A stretch of 64,000 nt of DNA. It comes from an uncultured Alphaproteobacteria bacterium. GTDB taxonomy: Bacteria > Pseudomonadota > Alphaproteobacteria > Bin95. Location of the stretch: assembly GCA_963974445.1 (NCBI GenBank), contig CAXBDI010000002.1:5003-69002 (forward strand), read 5' to 3'. Below, one piece after another: positions 32,874-40,746 of the stretch (position 1 is the stretch's first letter; each line of letters begins with the position of its first letter). The notes below the pieces were generated by a model that saw nothing but the letters and a program-made list of their open reading frames with translations, was not told the origin of the DNA and did not search any database. The position numbers and the translations under genes were made by a program.

Positions 32874-33802
32874 CTCAGATAAGCGGCAATGGCGTCCGCG
32901 GTCATGGCCCGGGACTTGTCGTCATGGGCGACGATCTGAATGCGCAGGTCGGTAGCGCCCGCCTCGCCATAGGCCGCCAGCCCATCCAGCACCTCTTGCC
33001 AACTGCCAATCAGATGGATGTCGGAGGGATCGTCGAGCCCTTCGTGCGCCGTCACCGCCGCATAAGACGGGATCGCCTGGTAATGGGCCGAGATCTCGCG
33101 CGCCAGCACCTTGGCGCCGGCCCGGTCCTCGGTCACACAAATCCGCACCAGAGCCATGACCCGCAAATCGGAATCGCCCCGGCCGGCGCTCTCGGCGCCC
33201 TCCCGCAGGTGCGGCCAGATATAGGACGAGATGGTCTTCGGCCCACATTGGCCAAGTGTCGTGCCCGCAAGGCGGCCGCCGGCGAAGCGCAGCATCCGCG
33301 GCCCCAGTGCCGCCAGCAGGATCGGCGTTGGCTCCGCCTCGATGCCAAGTTGGGCATGGGCTGTGATCTGCTCGCCGTCCACGTCCGCCTGCTTACCAGC
33401 CAACAGCGGCTCCAACGCGTCGATGAATTCGCGGGTGTAGGAGAACGGTTTGTCCCAATTGAGGCCGAGCACGCTTTCGGCATGGCGTTTCGACGCAGCG
33501 CCGACGCCCAGCGTCAGCCGGCCTTTCAGGGCGTTCTGCGCGGTCATCACCGACTGGGCAAAGCCAATCGGGTGCCGGCCATAGAGCGGCACGACGGACG
33601 TGCCGACCTCGCCCAGGCCAGGAATATCCTCGGCGATGCACGCCAGCGCCATGACCGAGTCGACGCCCATCGCATGAGAAATCCAGAAACTGTCGAAGCC
33701 CGAGGCTTGCGCAAACCTAGCAGCCTCGCGCGCCGCGTCGATGGAGGCCAGCGTCGTGCCGCCAGCCAAGCCCCATCGTATGCCAAAACGGTCGTTGCTC
33801 AT
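32870..33802 (-). CDS. LLM-class (luciferase-like) flavin/F420-dependent oxidoreductase
   Basis: Contains ..ASGFDSFWISHAMGVDSVMALA..GRLTLGVGAAS.. Confidence 0.8.
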   Translation of the reverse strand: MSNDRFGIRWGLAGGTTLASIDAAREAARFAQASGFDSFWISHAMGVDSVMALACIAEDIPGLGEVGTSVVPLYGRHPIGFAQSVMTAQNALKGRLTLGVGAASKRHAESVLGLNWDKPFSYTREFIDALEPLLAGKQADVDGEQITAHAQLGIEAEPTPILLAALGPRMLRFAGGRLAGTTLGQCGPKTISSYIWPHLREGAESAGRGDSDLRVMALVRICVTEDRAGAKVLAREISAHYQAIPSYAAVTAHEGLDDPSDIHLIGSWQEVLDGLAAYGEAGATDLRIQIVAHDDKSRAMTADAIAAYLS

Positions 33803-34015
33803 CGCTGCTAGCCCTCATCTGTCCACGTTCAATGTCGGCAATCGCGCACGATGCCGTCTGCCACCGATCCTACGCGGCGGAAGCGCGGCCCTACAAGCCG
33901 CGCCGTCGCGGTTCCGCGATCATTCTATCGCCTGTCGGTCCGCAATCGATTACAGTCACCGCATGAGCCCTCATCCGGGCTGAACCTGTTGAGCGCAGCA
34001 AAAATGGAGGAAACG

Positions 34016-34762
34016 ATGGCGTACGAAGGCATGATCGCGGAGTCCTTGTCGATCCGCGGCCACAATGACGAGATGATCTCCGCCTATTCGGCGCGGCCAA
34101 CCGGGCCGGGGCCCTTTCCGGGTGTCGTGCTGATCCATCACCTGCCCGGCTGGGGCGAGTTCTATCGGGAGATGACGCGGAAATTCGCCCACCACGGCTA
34201 CGCCGCCATCAGCCACAACCTGTATCACCGGGTCGGCGAGGGCAATGCGGAGGACGTTGCCGCCAAAGCGCGGGCGGAGGGCGGCGTCGCCGACGATCAG
34301 ATGATCGGCGATACCGAAGGCGCCGTGCAATGGCTGCGCGCCCAGCCCTATGTCAACGGCAAGATCGGCGTGATCGGCAGTTGTTCCGGCGGCCGGCAGG
34401 CGTTTCTCTATGCCTCCAAGACCGACAGCATCGACGCCGTGGTCGAGCTTTGGGGCGGCCGCGTGGTGCAGGCTGAGGATGACCGGCCGGAAAAGCAGCC
34501 GGTGCCGCCGATCGACTTCACCAAGGACCTGTCCTGCCCGCTGCTCGGCCTGTTCGGCAACGAGGACCGCGCGCCCAGCCCGGAGCAGGTCGATCAGCAC
34601 GAGGCCGAATTGAAGAAGCACAACAAGGATTACGCATTTCACCGCTATGACGGCGCGGGCCACGGCTTTTTCTACTATCACCGCCCGATGTATCGGGTGG
34701 AGCAGGCACTGGACGGCTGGCAAAAGGTCTTCGCCTTCTTCGAAAAGCATTTGGCGGGGTAA
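34016..34762 (+). CDS. Dienelactone hydrolase family protein
   Basis: Contains PGVVLIHHLPGWGEFYREMTRKFAHHGYAA..IGVIGSCSGGRQA..GAGHGF. A GGAGGA RBS lies 5 nt before the ATG at 34016. Confidence 0.85.
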   Translation: MAYEGMIAESLSIRGHNDEMISAYSARPTGPGPFPGVVLIHHLPGWGEFYREMTRKFAHHGYAAISHNLYHRVGEGNAEDVAAKARAEGGVADDQMIGDTEGAVQWLRAQPYVNGKIGVIGSCSGGRQAFLYASKTDSIDAVVELWGGRVVQAEDDRPEKQPVPPIDFTKDLSCPLLGLFGNEDRAPSPEQVDQHEAELKKHNKDYAFHRYDGAGHGFFYYHRPMYRVEQALDGWQKVFAFFEKHLAG

Positions 34763-34767
34763 AGCAT

Positions 34768-35079
34768 ATGTGCACATCCATCGTCGAAATCGTCGAGGCA
34801 GAGGGCGCTGGCCGCAGCACCATCGGCTGGTTTCCACTTACCCACGCCGTGGTCTCTTACGACCATCCGCACTACGCCTTGCTGGAAGACGCGATCCTGA
34901 TCGATTTCGTGAACAGGGACAGGGATCCGGGCGCCCGCGCCGCCGTCGAGCTGACGCTGGAGGCGGCCAAGGCGCTGCAAGCCGCGCTGGCCGACGCAAT
35001 CGCACAGGCCGAGACAGAAGAGAGCGAGCATCGTGGACGCAAAGCCGAGCCGGCATTGGTAACCGACCGCGCCGCGTAA
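34768..35079 (+). CDS. Hypothetical small protein starting Met-Cys (possibly DUF6295-like)
   Basis: 103 aa, starting 5 nt after the hydrolase stop. MCTSIVEI..GWFPLTHAVVSYDHPHYA..ILIDFVN..AAVELTLEAAKAL. The family name is from memory only. Confidence 0.45.
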   Translation: MCTSIVEIVEAEGAGRSTIGWFPLTHAVVSYDHPHYALLEDAILIDFVNRDRDPGARAAVELTLEAAKALQAALADAIAQAETEESEHRGRKAEPALVTDRAA

Positions 35080-35123
35080 AGCAGTCGCGCTCAGTTCGAG
35101 TCATCTCAACCCCTCTGCACCCG

Positions 35124-35208
35124 CCCCTGCGAAAGCAGGGGACCTGAGAGGCAGTCGGGCGTTAGAGACTCTTGGGCATGGGTCCCAGGTCAAGCCCGGG
35201 ACCCATGC
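35124..35208 (+). repeat. Intergenic modular palindromic repeat, type A1
   Basis: CCCCTGCGAAAGCAGGGG..CCTGAGAGGC..GGCATGGGTCCCAGGTCAAGCCCGGGACCCATGC has the same modules and order as 12623-12705. Confidence 0.6.
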
Positions 35209-35228
35209 TAAATCGCTCGGGAGCCGCT

Positions 35229-35681
35229 CTACCCCGACTTCTGCACCAGAACCCGTTCGATTTCGTGCACCGGGTGATTGGTCAGGTTCTTGTTCACCTC
35301 GACGACGATGCGGTCCTGCACCTCCTTATGGAACGCGTGCCGCAGTTCGCCCAGAATCCGCGGCGGCGCCACGACGATCAGTTTATCGAATTCGCCACGG
35401 TGGGCGGCCTTGTACAACCGGTCCGCCATGGCCGCAGCAAAGCGGTCCTGCTCGATCCGATGCCAGTCGGTCTGTTCGACGGCGCTGCGGTGCAGGTTCA
35501 TGCCGTCATTGACGCGCCCCGGCTTGTCCGTGCCCTGCTCCTCGGTACGGGGGTTTTCCTGTTCTTCCACCGCCATGGTGATCAGGTTGGGGTGAACGTC
35601 GTCGCCATCATTGATAAAGAGAAGGGCTTTTTCGCCGTCGCCGACGAAAACCCAGGCGTTGTGTGGAATCGATAAGGTCAT
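35229..35681 (-). CDS. Host-attachment-protein family protein
   Basis: Contains WVFVGDGEKALLF..DKPGRVND......FDKLIVVAPPRILGELRHAF..NKNLTNHPVHEIE. Confidence 0.7.
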   Translation of the reverse strand: MTLSIPHNAWVFVGDGEKALLFINDGDDVHPNLITMAVEEQENPRTEEQGTDKPGRVNDGMNLHRSAVEQTDWHRIEQDRFAAAMADRLYKAAHRGEFDKLIVVAPPRILGELRHAFHKEVQDRIVVEVNKNLTNHPVHEIERVLVQKSG

Positions 35682-35694
35682 GAGAATGGTCCGC

Positions 35695-35955
35695 TCAATT
35701 GTTCCGTAGGGCTTTGATGAGATCCGCCTTGTTCATCGACGAACGCCCCTCAATCTCCAGTTCTTGCGCGCGGTCATAAAGTTCCTCCTTCGTCCACTCC
35801 TCATACGGCGGCTGACGACCGCCCTTCGTGGAAGGATTCATGTTGGGATTGGCTTGAGCGTTCGCAATACGGGCCGCCTTTTCCTTACTGGCTCGATCGT
35901 CGCGCAACGCTTCGTAAGTTTCGGGGTCTTTAATGTTCGGATCGCCTTTGCCCAC
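35695..35955 (-). CDS. Small stress-type protein with a C-terminal Rho_N-like domain
   Basis: (M)GKGDPNIKDPETYEALRDDRASKEKAARIANA..TKEELYDRAQELEIEGRSSMNKADLIKALRNN. The GTG at 35955 was chosen, because the track N-terminal extension has no family-like sequence. Confidence 0.6.
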   Translation of the reverse strand: MGKGDPNIKDPETYEALRDDRASKEKAARIANAQANPNMNPSTKGGRQPPYEEWTKEELYDRAQELEIEGRSSMNKADLIKALRNN

Positions 35956-35995
35956 AGCCGGTCTCCCGCATATCAAAGGTTCAAGGCCCCCGTGT

Positions 35996-36021
35996 AACCT
36001 CCCAAATCGCTCCAAAGTTCC
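35996..36021 (-). promoter_or_regulatory. Weak EcfG-type (general stress) promoter candidate
   Basis: The minus strand reads GGAAC-N17-GGTTA, about 35 nt upstream of the GTG at 35955. The consensus is GGAAC-N16/17-CGTT. About one such match is expected by chance in the window. Confidence 0.3.
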
Positions 36022-36058
36022 GCGGCGCTCCTGGCGTTCGCGTCCGGAAAGGCTCCGC

Positions 36059-36970
36059 TCACTCGTCTTTACGCGGCCCCAACTGCACGCCCGCCGCCTT
36101 CTCGTACATGGTGACGGTGATCGAGCTGTCCTTCTTGTTGTAGCCGAGCCCGCGCGCCCACTGGAAAATTTGACGGGTGGTATTGGCCAAGAACAGCGGC
36201 ACGCCCAAGGCGTTGGCGAAATCGGTTTGAAGGGTCTGGTCTTTCCAGGTGATGTCGACGGTGCCGCCCGGCTCGAAATCGCCGCTAAGATAGCGCGGCG
36301 CCCGCATCTCGAAGGCGACCGAATGGCCGGTGGACTGCCTAATCACGTCAACCATCTGCTGTGGGTCGAGGCCGGCTTTTTTGCCCAGCACCATGGCTTC
36401 CGCCACCGCTATCGTGCCGACCTGGATCAGCATGTTGTTGCAGAGCTTCATCGCCAGGCCCTGGCCGACCTCACCCATATGGAACACCTGGCGGGCGCAG
36501 GAGTCGAGCAGTGGCTTCACCCGCTCCACCACCGCCGCATCGCCGCCGCAGATAATCGAGAGATCGCCGGATTCGGCTCGCTCCTGTCCGCCGCTGACCG
36601 GGGCGTCGATCAGGTCGATACCGCGTGCTCTGAGCTCCGGATGCCAGCGTTTGACCGCCAGCGGGTCGATGGTGGCCATCGACAGGATAACGTCGCCGGC
36701 CTGGGCCTCCGACTGAAAGCCCTCCGGCCCCATGATCACCTCTTCCGACTGCGCCGTCGTCTCGACCATGCAGATCTGGGTGGCCGCCTGCCGCGCCACG
36801 TCAGCGGGGCCGGTAGCAGCGATGGCGCCCAACTGCACGAAATGCGCCACACGGTTGGGGTTGAGGTCGTAGACGACCAGCCTGGCGCCGCCCTTCAGCA
36901 GGTTTTCCGCAATGCCGCCGCCCATGACGCCGACGCCGACAATGCCCAGAGTTTCGGAACGCTCGCTCAT
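36059..36970 (-). CDS. NAD(P)-dependent oxidoreductase, 3-hydroxyisobutyrate dehydrogenase-like
   Basis: Contains LGIVGVGVMGGGIAENL..DAPVSGGQERAESGDLSIICGGD. Its start overlaps the SDR stop (ATGA). Confidence 0.85.
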   Translation of the reverse strand: MSERSETLGIVGVGVMGGGIAENLLKGGARLVVYDLNPNRVAHFVQLGAIAATGPADVARQAATQICMVETTAQSEEVIMGPEGFQSEAQAGDVILSMATIDPLAVKRWHPELRARGIDLIDAPVSGGQERAESGDLSIICGGDAAVVERVKPLLDSCARQVFHMGEVGQGLAMKLCNNMLIQVGTIAVAEAMVLGKKAGLDPQQMVDVIRQSTGHSVAFEMRAPRYLSGDFEPGGTVDITWKDQTLQTDFANALGVPLFLANTTRQIFQWARGLGYNKKDSSITVTMYEKAAGVQLGPRKDE

Positions 36971-37734
36971 AGCTGGCCTCCGTTGACGTCGATGGTGACG
37001 CCGGTAACGAAATCCGCGTCGGAGGATGCCAGGAAGGCGATGACCTTGGCCTGATCCTCCGCCACCGCGACGCGGCCAAGCGGGAAGCGTTTCAGTTCCG
37101 CCGCCTTGTCCGCCTCGCTGCGCCGCTCCCAGTGGGGCGTGATGCGTTCGGTCAGCGTCAGACTCGGCGCGATGGCGTTGATGCAGATGCCGTGCGGCCC
37201 CAACTCGAACGACAGCCGCCGCACCATGGCGATGATGCCGCCCTTGGCGACCGCGTAGGGCGAGGAGCTTTCAAAGCTGGTGCCGCGCCCGGCAATGGAG
37301 GCGAGGTTGACGATCTTGCCATACTTGTTCGCCTTCATGTGCGGCACCACCGCATTCGTGAACAGGAAGGTGGCGGTCAGGTTGAAGTCGAGGATTTTCT
37401 GCCAATCGCTCATCGGCATCTCGTCGATGGAGACATTCGGCTTGGGAATGATCGTCGAGCCGCCGACCGCGTTCACCAGAATGTCGATGCGCCCGAACTC
37501 ATCCGCGACCTCCTGCACGGTCTGACGCGCCTGCGCCTCGTCCATGGCGTCGATGCATTTCGGCACCACTTTGCCCGGCTGGTTGTCGAGGCTGGCCACC
37601 AACCGGTCGAGCCGGTCCTGCTGGTTCTCCACCGCGATCACCGTCGCGCCTTCGCGCACCATGATCTCCGTCGTGGCCTTGCCGATACCGGCGCCGGCAG
37701 CGGTAATCAGCGCAATTTTTCCTTCGAAACGCAT
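36967..37734 (-). CDS. SDR-family oxidoreductase
   Basis: Contains KIALITAAGAGIGKA..NAVG..SSPYAVAKGG (YxxxK). Confidence 0.9.
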   Translation of the reverse strand: MRFEGKIALITAAGAGIGKATTEIMVREGATVIAVENQQDRLDRLVASLDNQPGKVVPKCIDAMDEAQARQTVQEVADEFGRIDILVNAVGGSTIIPKPNVSIDEMPMSDWQKILDFNLTATFLFTNAVVPHMKANKYGKIVNLASIAGRGTSFESSSPYAVAKGGIIAMVRRLSFELGPHGICINAIAPSLTLTERITPHWERRSEADKAAELKRFPLGRVAVAEDQAKVIAFLASSDADFVTGVTIDVNGGQL

Positions 37735-37738
37735 GGCC

Positions 37739-38683
37739 TTATCCTCCCATTTGGGCGCGAAGCGCGCTCATGGCTTTCAGTGAACTCTCATGGTCGCCGG
37801 CAAAGCGGATGCAGATGTGTGACGCGCCGCCATCAACATAGGACTTTACGAAGGCCGCAGCCTCCTCCGCCGAGCCGGCGAACGAGGCCATGCGCTTGCG
37901 CATCACCGGGCCCGGAGCGCCATAGTAAGCCTCCAGGAACTTGTCGATGCGGGCGAGGCCTTTGTCGGGATTCTCGTCAATCGCGATGGTGACGTAGGAG
38001 GCATAGGTCAGGTCGTCCGGCTTGCGGTTTTCCTGCACCGCGTACTTCCGAATCTGCTGCCACTGATCGTTGCATACCTCGGCGCTCGGCCCCGTCGGGA
38101 ACCAGCCGTCGAAGTGGCGGGCGGCGCGTTTGAGCGCGTCCGGGTGGCTGCCGCCGATCCAGACCGGCGGCCCGCCCTTCTGCGCCGGCACCGGGCCAAT
38201 CTGCTGGCCCTCCAGCTTCCAATAGCCATTCCAATCGACCTTCTCGCCGGTCCAGAGCGCCTGGCAGAGCTTCAGGCCCTCGATCATCCGGCCGATGCGT
38301 TTCTCGAACGGCACGCCGCACGCCTCGAACTCGGCGCGTATGTTCGGCACGTCGCCGGCGATGCCGTAGCCGAGGATCACCCGCCCGTCGCTCACCTGAT
38401 CCAGGGTCGAGACGATGTGCGCCAGCACCACCGGATTGCGCAGCGCCGGCAACAATACCGCCGTGCCCAGCTTCACCCGCTTGGTGCGCCCCGCTATCCC
38501 GGCCATCAGCGTCAGCGGCTCATGCCGGGGCCGCGCGGTGATCGAGTCGCCGATCCAGACCGAATCATAGCCCAGGTCTTCGGCGGTTTCGGCAAGACGC
38601 ATGAGGGGTGCGGCCTCGTGCCGGCCCTCCATGATCGCTTCGCGGGTCGGTATCAGATAGCCGATTTGGGCTGGGGCTGGCAT
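37739..38683 (-). CDS. LLM-class F420/flavin-dependent oxidoreductase
   Basis: Contains ..AEDLGYDSVWIGDS..KLGTAVLLPALRNPVVLAH..GRVILGYG. ATG at 38683 with a GAGGAA RBS. It is first in a minus-strand LLM-SDR-dehydrogenase operon divergent from cofE. Confidence 0.8.
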   Translation of the reverse strand: MPAPAQIGYLIPTREAIMEGRHEAAPLMRLAETAEDLGYDSVWIGDSITARPRHEPLTLMAGIAGRTKRVKLGTAVLLPALRNPVVLAHIVSTLDQVSDGRVILGYGIAGDVPNIRAEFEACGVPFEKRIGRMIEGLKLCQALWTGEKVDWNGYWKLEGQQIGPVPAQKGGPPVWIGGSHPDALKRAARHFDGWFPTGPSAEVCNDQWQQIRKYAVQENRKPDDLTYASYVTIAIDENPDKGLARIDKFLEAYYGAPGPVMRKRMASFAGSAEEAAAFVKSYVDGGASHICIRFAGDHESSLKAMSALRAQMGG

Positions 38684-38842
38684 CGTGGCGTTCCTCTCGA
38701 TGGCGCTTGGTTGCCGGCATTGTCGCTGCAATCGGCCTTCAGTGCCAAGGGGGAAGTGGCGGGAGGCCGCCGCGCCAGCGTTCCCCCTTGCCGAACCGGG
38801 TCGGCCCGTGGACGATGGCGCCGCCGCAACCTGGAGCTTTCA

Positions 38843-39604
38843 ATGGCCGCGACGCTGACCTTTTACACCCTGGCGGATTTTCCCCATGTCCGGCCGGGCG
38901 ATGACCTCGCCCGACAAATCGCCGATTGTCTGGCCGCCAACGACCTGACCTTGCAGACTGGCGACGTAGTAGCGCTGGCGCAAAAAGTCGTCTCCAAGGC
39001 CGAGGGGCGCTATGTGCGGCTCGCTGGCATTCAGCCAAGTCAGGAGGCCGAAGACTGGGCGGCGCGCACCGGCAAGGACCCGCAACTGGTGCAAATCACT
39101 TTGGACGAGGCCAACCACGTCCTCCGCTTTCGCCCCAACCTGCTGGTGGTCGAGCACCGCCTCGGCATGGTCATGGCGAATGCCGGCATCGACCAGAGCA
39201 ATATCGACGCCGCCGGAGAGCAAGTGCTGCTGCTGCCGGAAGACCCGGACCGCTCCGCGGAAGCATTGGCGGCCGCGCTGGAGAGCCTGACCGACGTGCG
39301 CCCCGCGGTGCTGATCACCGACAGCGTCGGGCGGGCCTGGCGCATCGGCACTTGCGGCATCGCCATCGGTGCCGCCGGCATCCGCACGGTCGACGACATC
39401 CGCGGCGACCCCGACATGATGGGGCGGGAGTTGAAGGTCTCCATCGTCGGCCACGGCGACCAACTGGCCGCCGCCGCCTGCGTCGCCATGGGCGAGGGTG
39501 CGGAAGGCACGCCGGTCGTGCTAATCCGCGGCCTGCCGGTCGAGCCCGACCCCCTCCCCGCCGCAGAACTGGTGCGGCCCGCCGTGGATGATATGTTCCG
39601 ATGA
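38843..39604 (+). CDS. cofE: Coenzyme F420-0:L-glutamate ligase (stand-alone CofE type)
   Basis: Contains ..GDVVALAQKVVSKAEGR..MANAGIDQSN..ITDSVGRAWRIGTCGIAIG..GEGAEGTPVVLIRG. ATG at 38843. There is no fused nitroreductase domain. Confidence 0.88.
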   Translation: MAATLTFYTLADFPHVRPGDDLARQIADCLAANDLTLQTGDVVALAQKVVSKAEGRYVRLAGIQPSQEAEDWAARTGKDPQLVQITLDEANHVLRFRPNLLVVEHRLGMVMANAGIDQSNIDAAGEQVLLLPEDPDRSAEALAAALESLTDVRPAVLITDSVGRAWRIGTCGIAIGAAGIRTVDDIRGDPDMMGRELKVSIVGHGDQLAAAACVAMGEGAEGTPVVLIRGLPVEPDPLPAAELVRPAVDDMFR

Positions 39605-40539
39605 CGGTTGTCGCTCTCTCCGGCGGCGTCGGCGGCGCCAAGCTCGCCTCCGGCCTGCAAGACATCCTGGCGCCCGGCGAGCTGGTGGTGATCGCCAACA
39701 CCGGCGACGATTTCGAGCATCTGGGCCTGCATATCGCCCCGGATATCGACTCGGTCTTCTACGCGCTGGCCGGCCTGAACGATACCGAGCGCGGCTGGGG
39801 CCGGGCCGGCGAGACCTGGGCCTGCATGGCGGCGCTTGGCGCCCTCGGCGGCGAAACCTGGTTCAACCTGGGCGACCAGGACCTGGCGCTGCATCTGGAG
39901 CGCACCCGCCGCCTGCGCGCCGGCGAGAGCCTGAGCCAGGTCATGGCGGCTCTGTGCGAGGCCGCCGGCATCCCCACCCACATCCTGCCGATGAGCGAGA
40001 CGCTGGTGCCGACCATCGTGCACACGAGCGACCGCGGCGACCTCTCCTTCCAGCACTATTTCGTCCGCGAACACTGCGAGCCGGTGGTCATCGGCTTCAC
40101 CCATCAGGGCGCGGACGCCGCAGCACTGCCGGCGGCTTTGCGGAAGTTGCGCGACGTCGAGGCCGTGATCGTCTGTCCCTCCAACCCCTTCATCTCGATC
40201 GCCCCGATCCTGGCCGTGCCCGGCATGCGCGAGTGGCTTCGAAGCCTCGGCGCGCCCATCGTCGCGGTCTCGCCGTTGATCGGCGGGGCGGCGGTGAAGG
40301 GACCGACGGCAAAGATGTTCAGCGAACTCGGCCTCGCCGTCACCAATGCCGGCCTCGTGGCGCACTATGACGGTCTGCTGGCTGGCTTGGTGTTGGATCA
40401 CGCCGACGCCGACAATGTCCACGATCTGCCTATCGCCACCGCGGTCACGCACACGCTGATGCAATCGGCAAACGACCGGCAGCGGGTGGCGGAAATCGCC
40501 CTCAACCTCGCCGATGCCATCAGGGAGCATCGGGAATGA
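39601..40539 (+). CDS. cofD: 2-phospho-L-lactate transferase (F420 biosynthesis)
   Basis: Contains VVALSGGVGGAKLASGL..VIANTGDDFEHLGLHIAPDIDSVFYALAGL.....GWG. It shares an ATGA overlap with cofE. Confidence 0.92.
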   Translation: MTVVALSGGVGGAKLASGLQDILAPGELVVIANTGDDFEHLGLHIAPDIDSVFYALAGLNDTERGWGRAGETWACMAALGALGGETWFNLGDQDLALHLERTRRLRAGESLSQVMAALCEAAGIPTHILPMSETLVPTIVHTSDRGDLSFQHYFVREHCEPVVIGFTHQGADAAALPAALRKLRDVEAVIVCPSNPFISIAPILAVPGMREWLRSLGAPIVAVSPLIGGAAVKGPTAKMFSELGLAVTNAGLVAHYDGLLAGLVLDHADADNVHDLPIATAVTHTLMQSANDRQRVAEIALNLADAIREHRE

Positions 40540-40540
40540 T

Positions 40541-40697
40541 GGCCTCGGCCTCCCACTCGGCCTCCCACTCGGCGTCATTGCGAGGCGCCCGAAGGGCAAC
40601 GAAGCAACCCACCGGCGCTTCCAACAGGCTGCGACGCTCGTGGGTTGCCGCGTCGCCTGCGGCTCCTCGCAATGACGCCGAGTGGAGGCCGAGGGGG
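40541..40697. repeat. Long imperfect palindromic intergenic element, type B ('GTCATTGCGAG' family)
   Basis: Left arm GGCCTCGGCCTCCCACTCGG(CCTCCCACTCGG)CGTCATTGCGAGG. Right arm CCTCGCAATGACGCCGAGTGGAGGCCGAGG. An inner pair is GCAACCCAC/GTGGGTTGC. It starts 2 nt after the cofD stop. Confidence 0.7.
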
Positions 40698-40746
40698 AAA
40701 TGTGGCAGGGTTTGATTCAACTGCCATTCTCGAAAGACACGTTGCC

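Noticed and set aside
40551-40574. Tandem 12-mer (CGGCCTCCCACT x2) that could suggest a VNTR or mini CRISPR-like array
   Set aside because: There are only two units, with no spacers, and the duplication sits inside one arm of the type B palindromic element.
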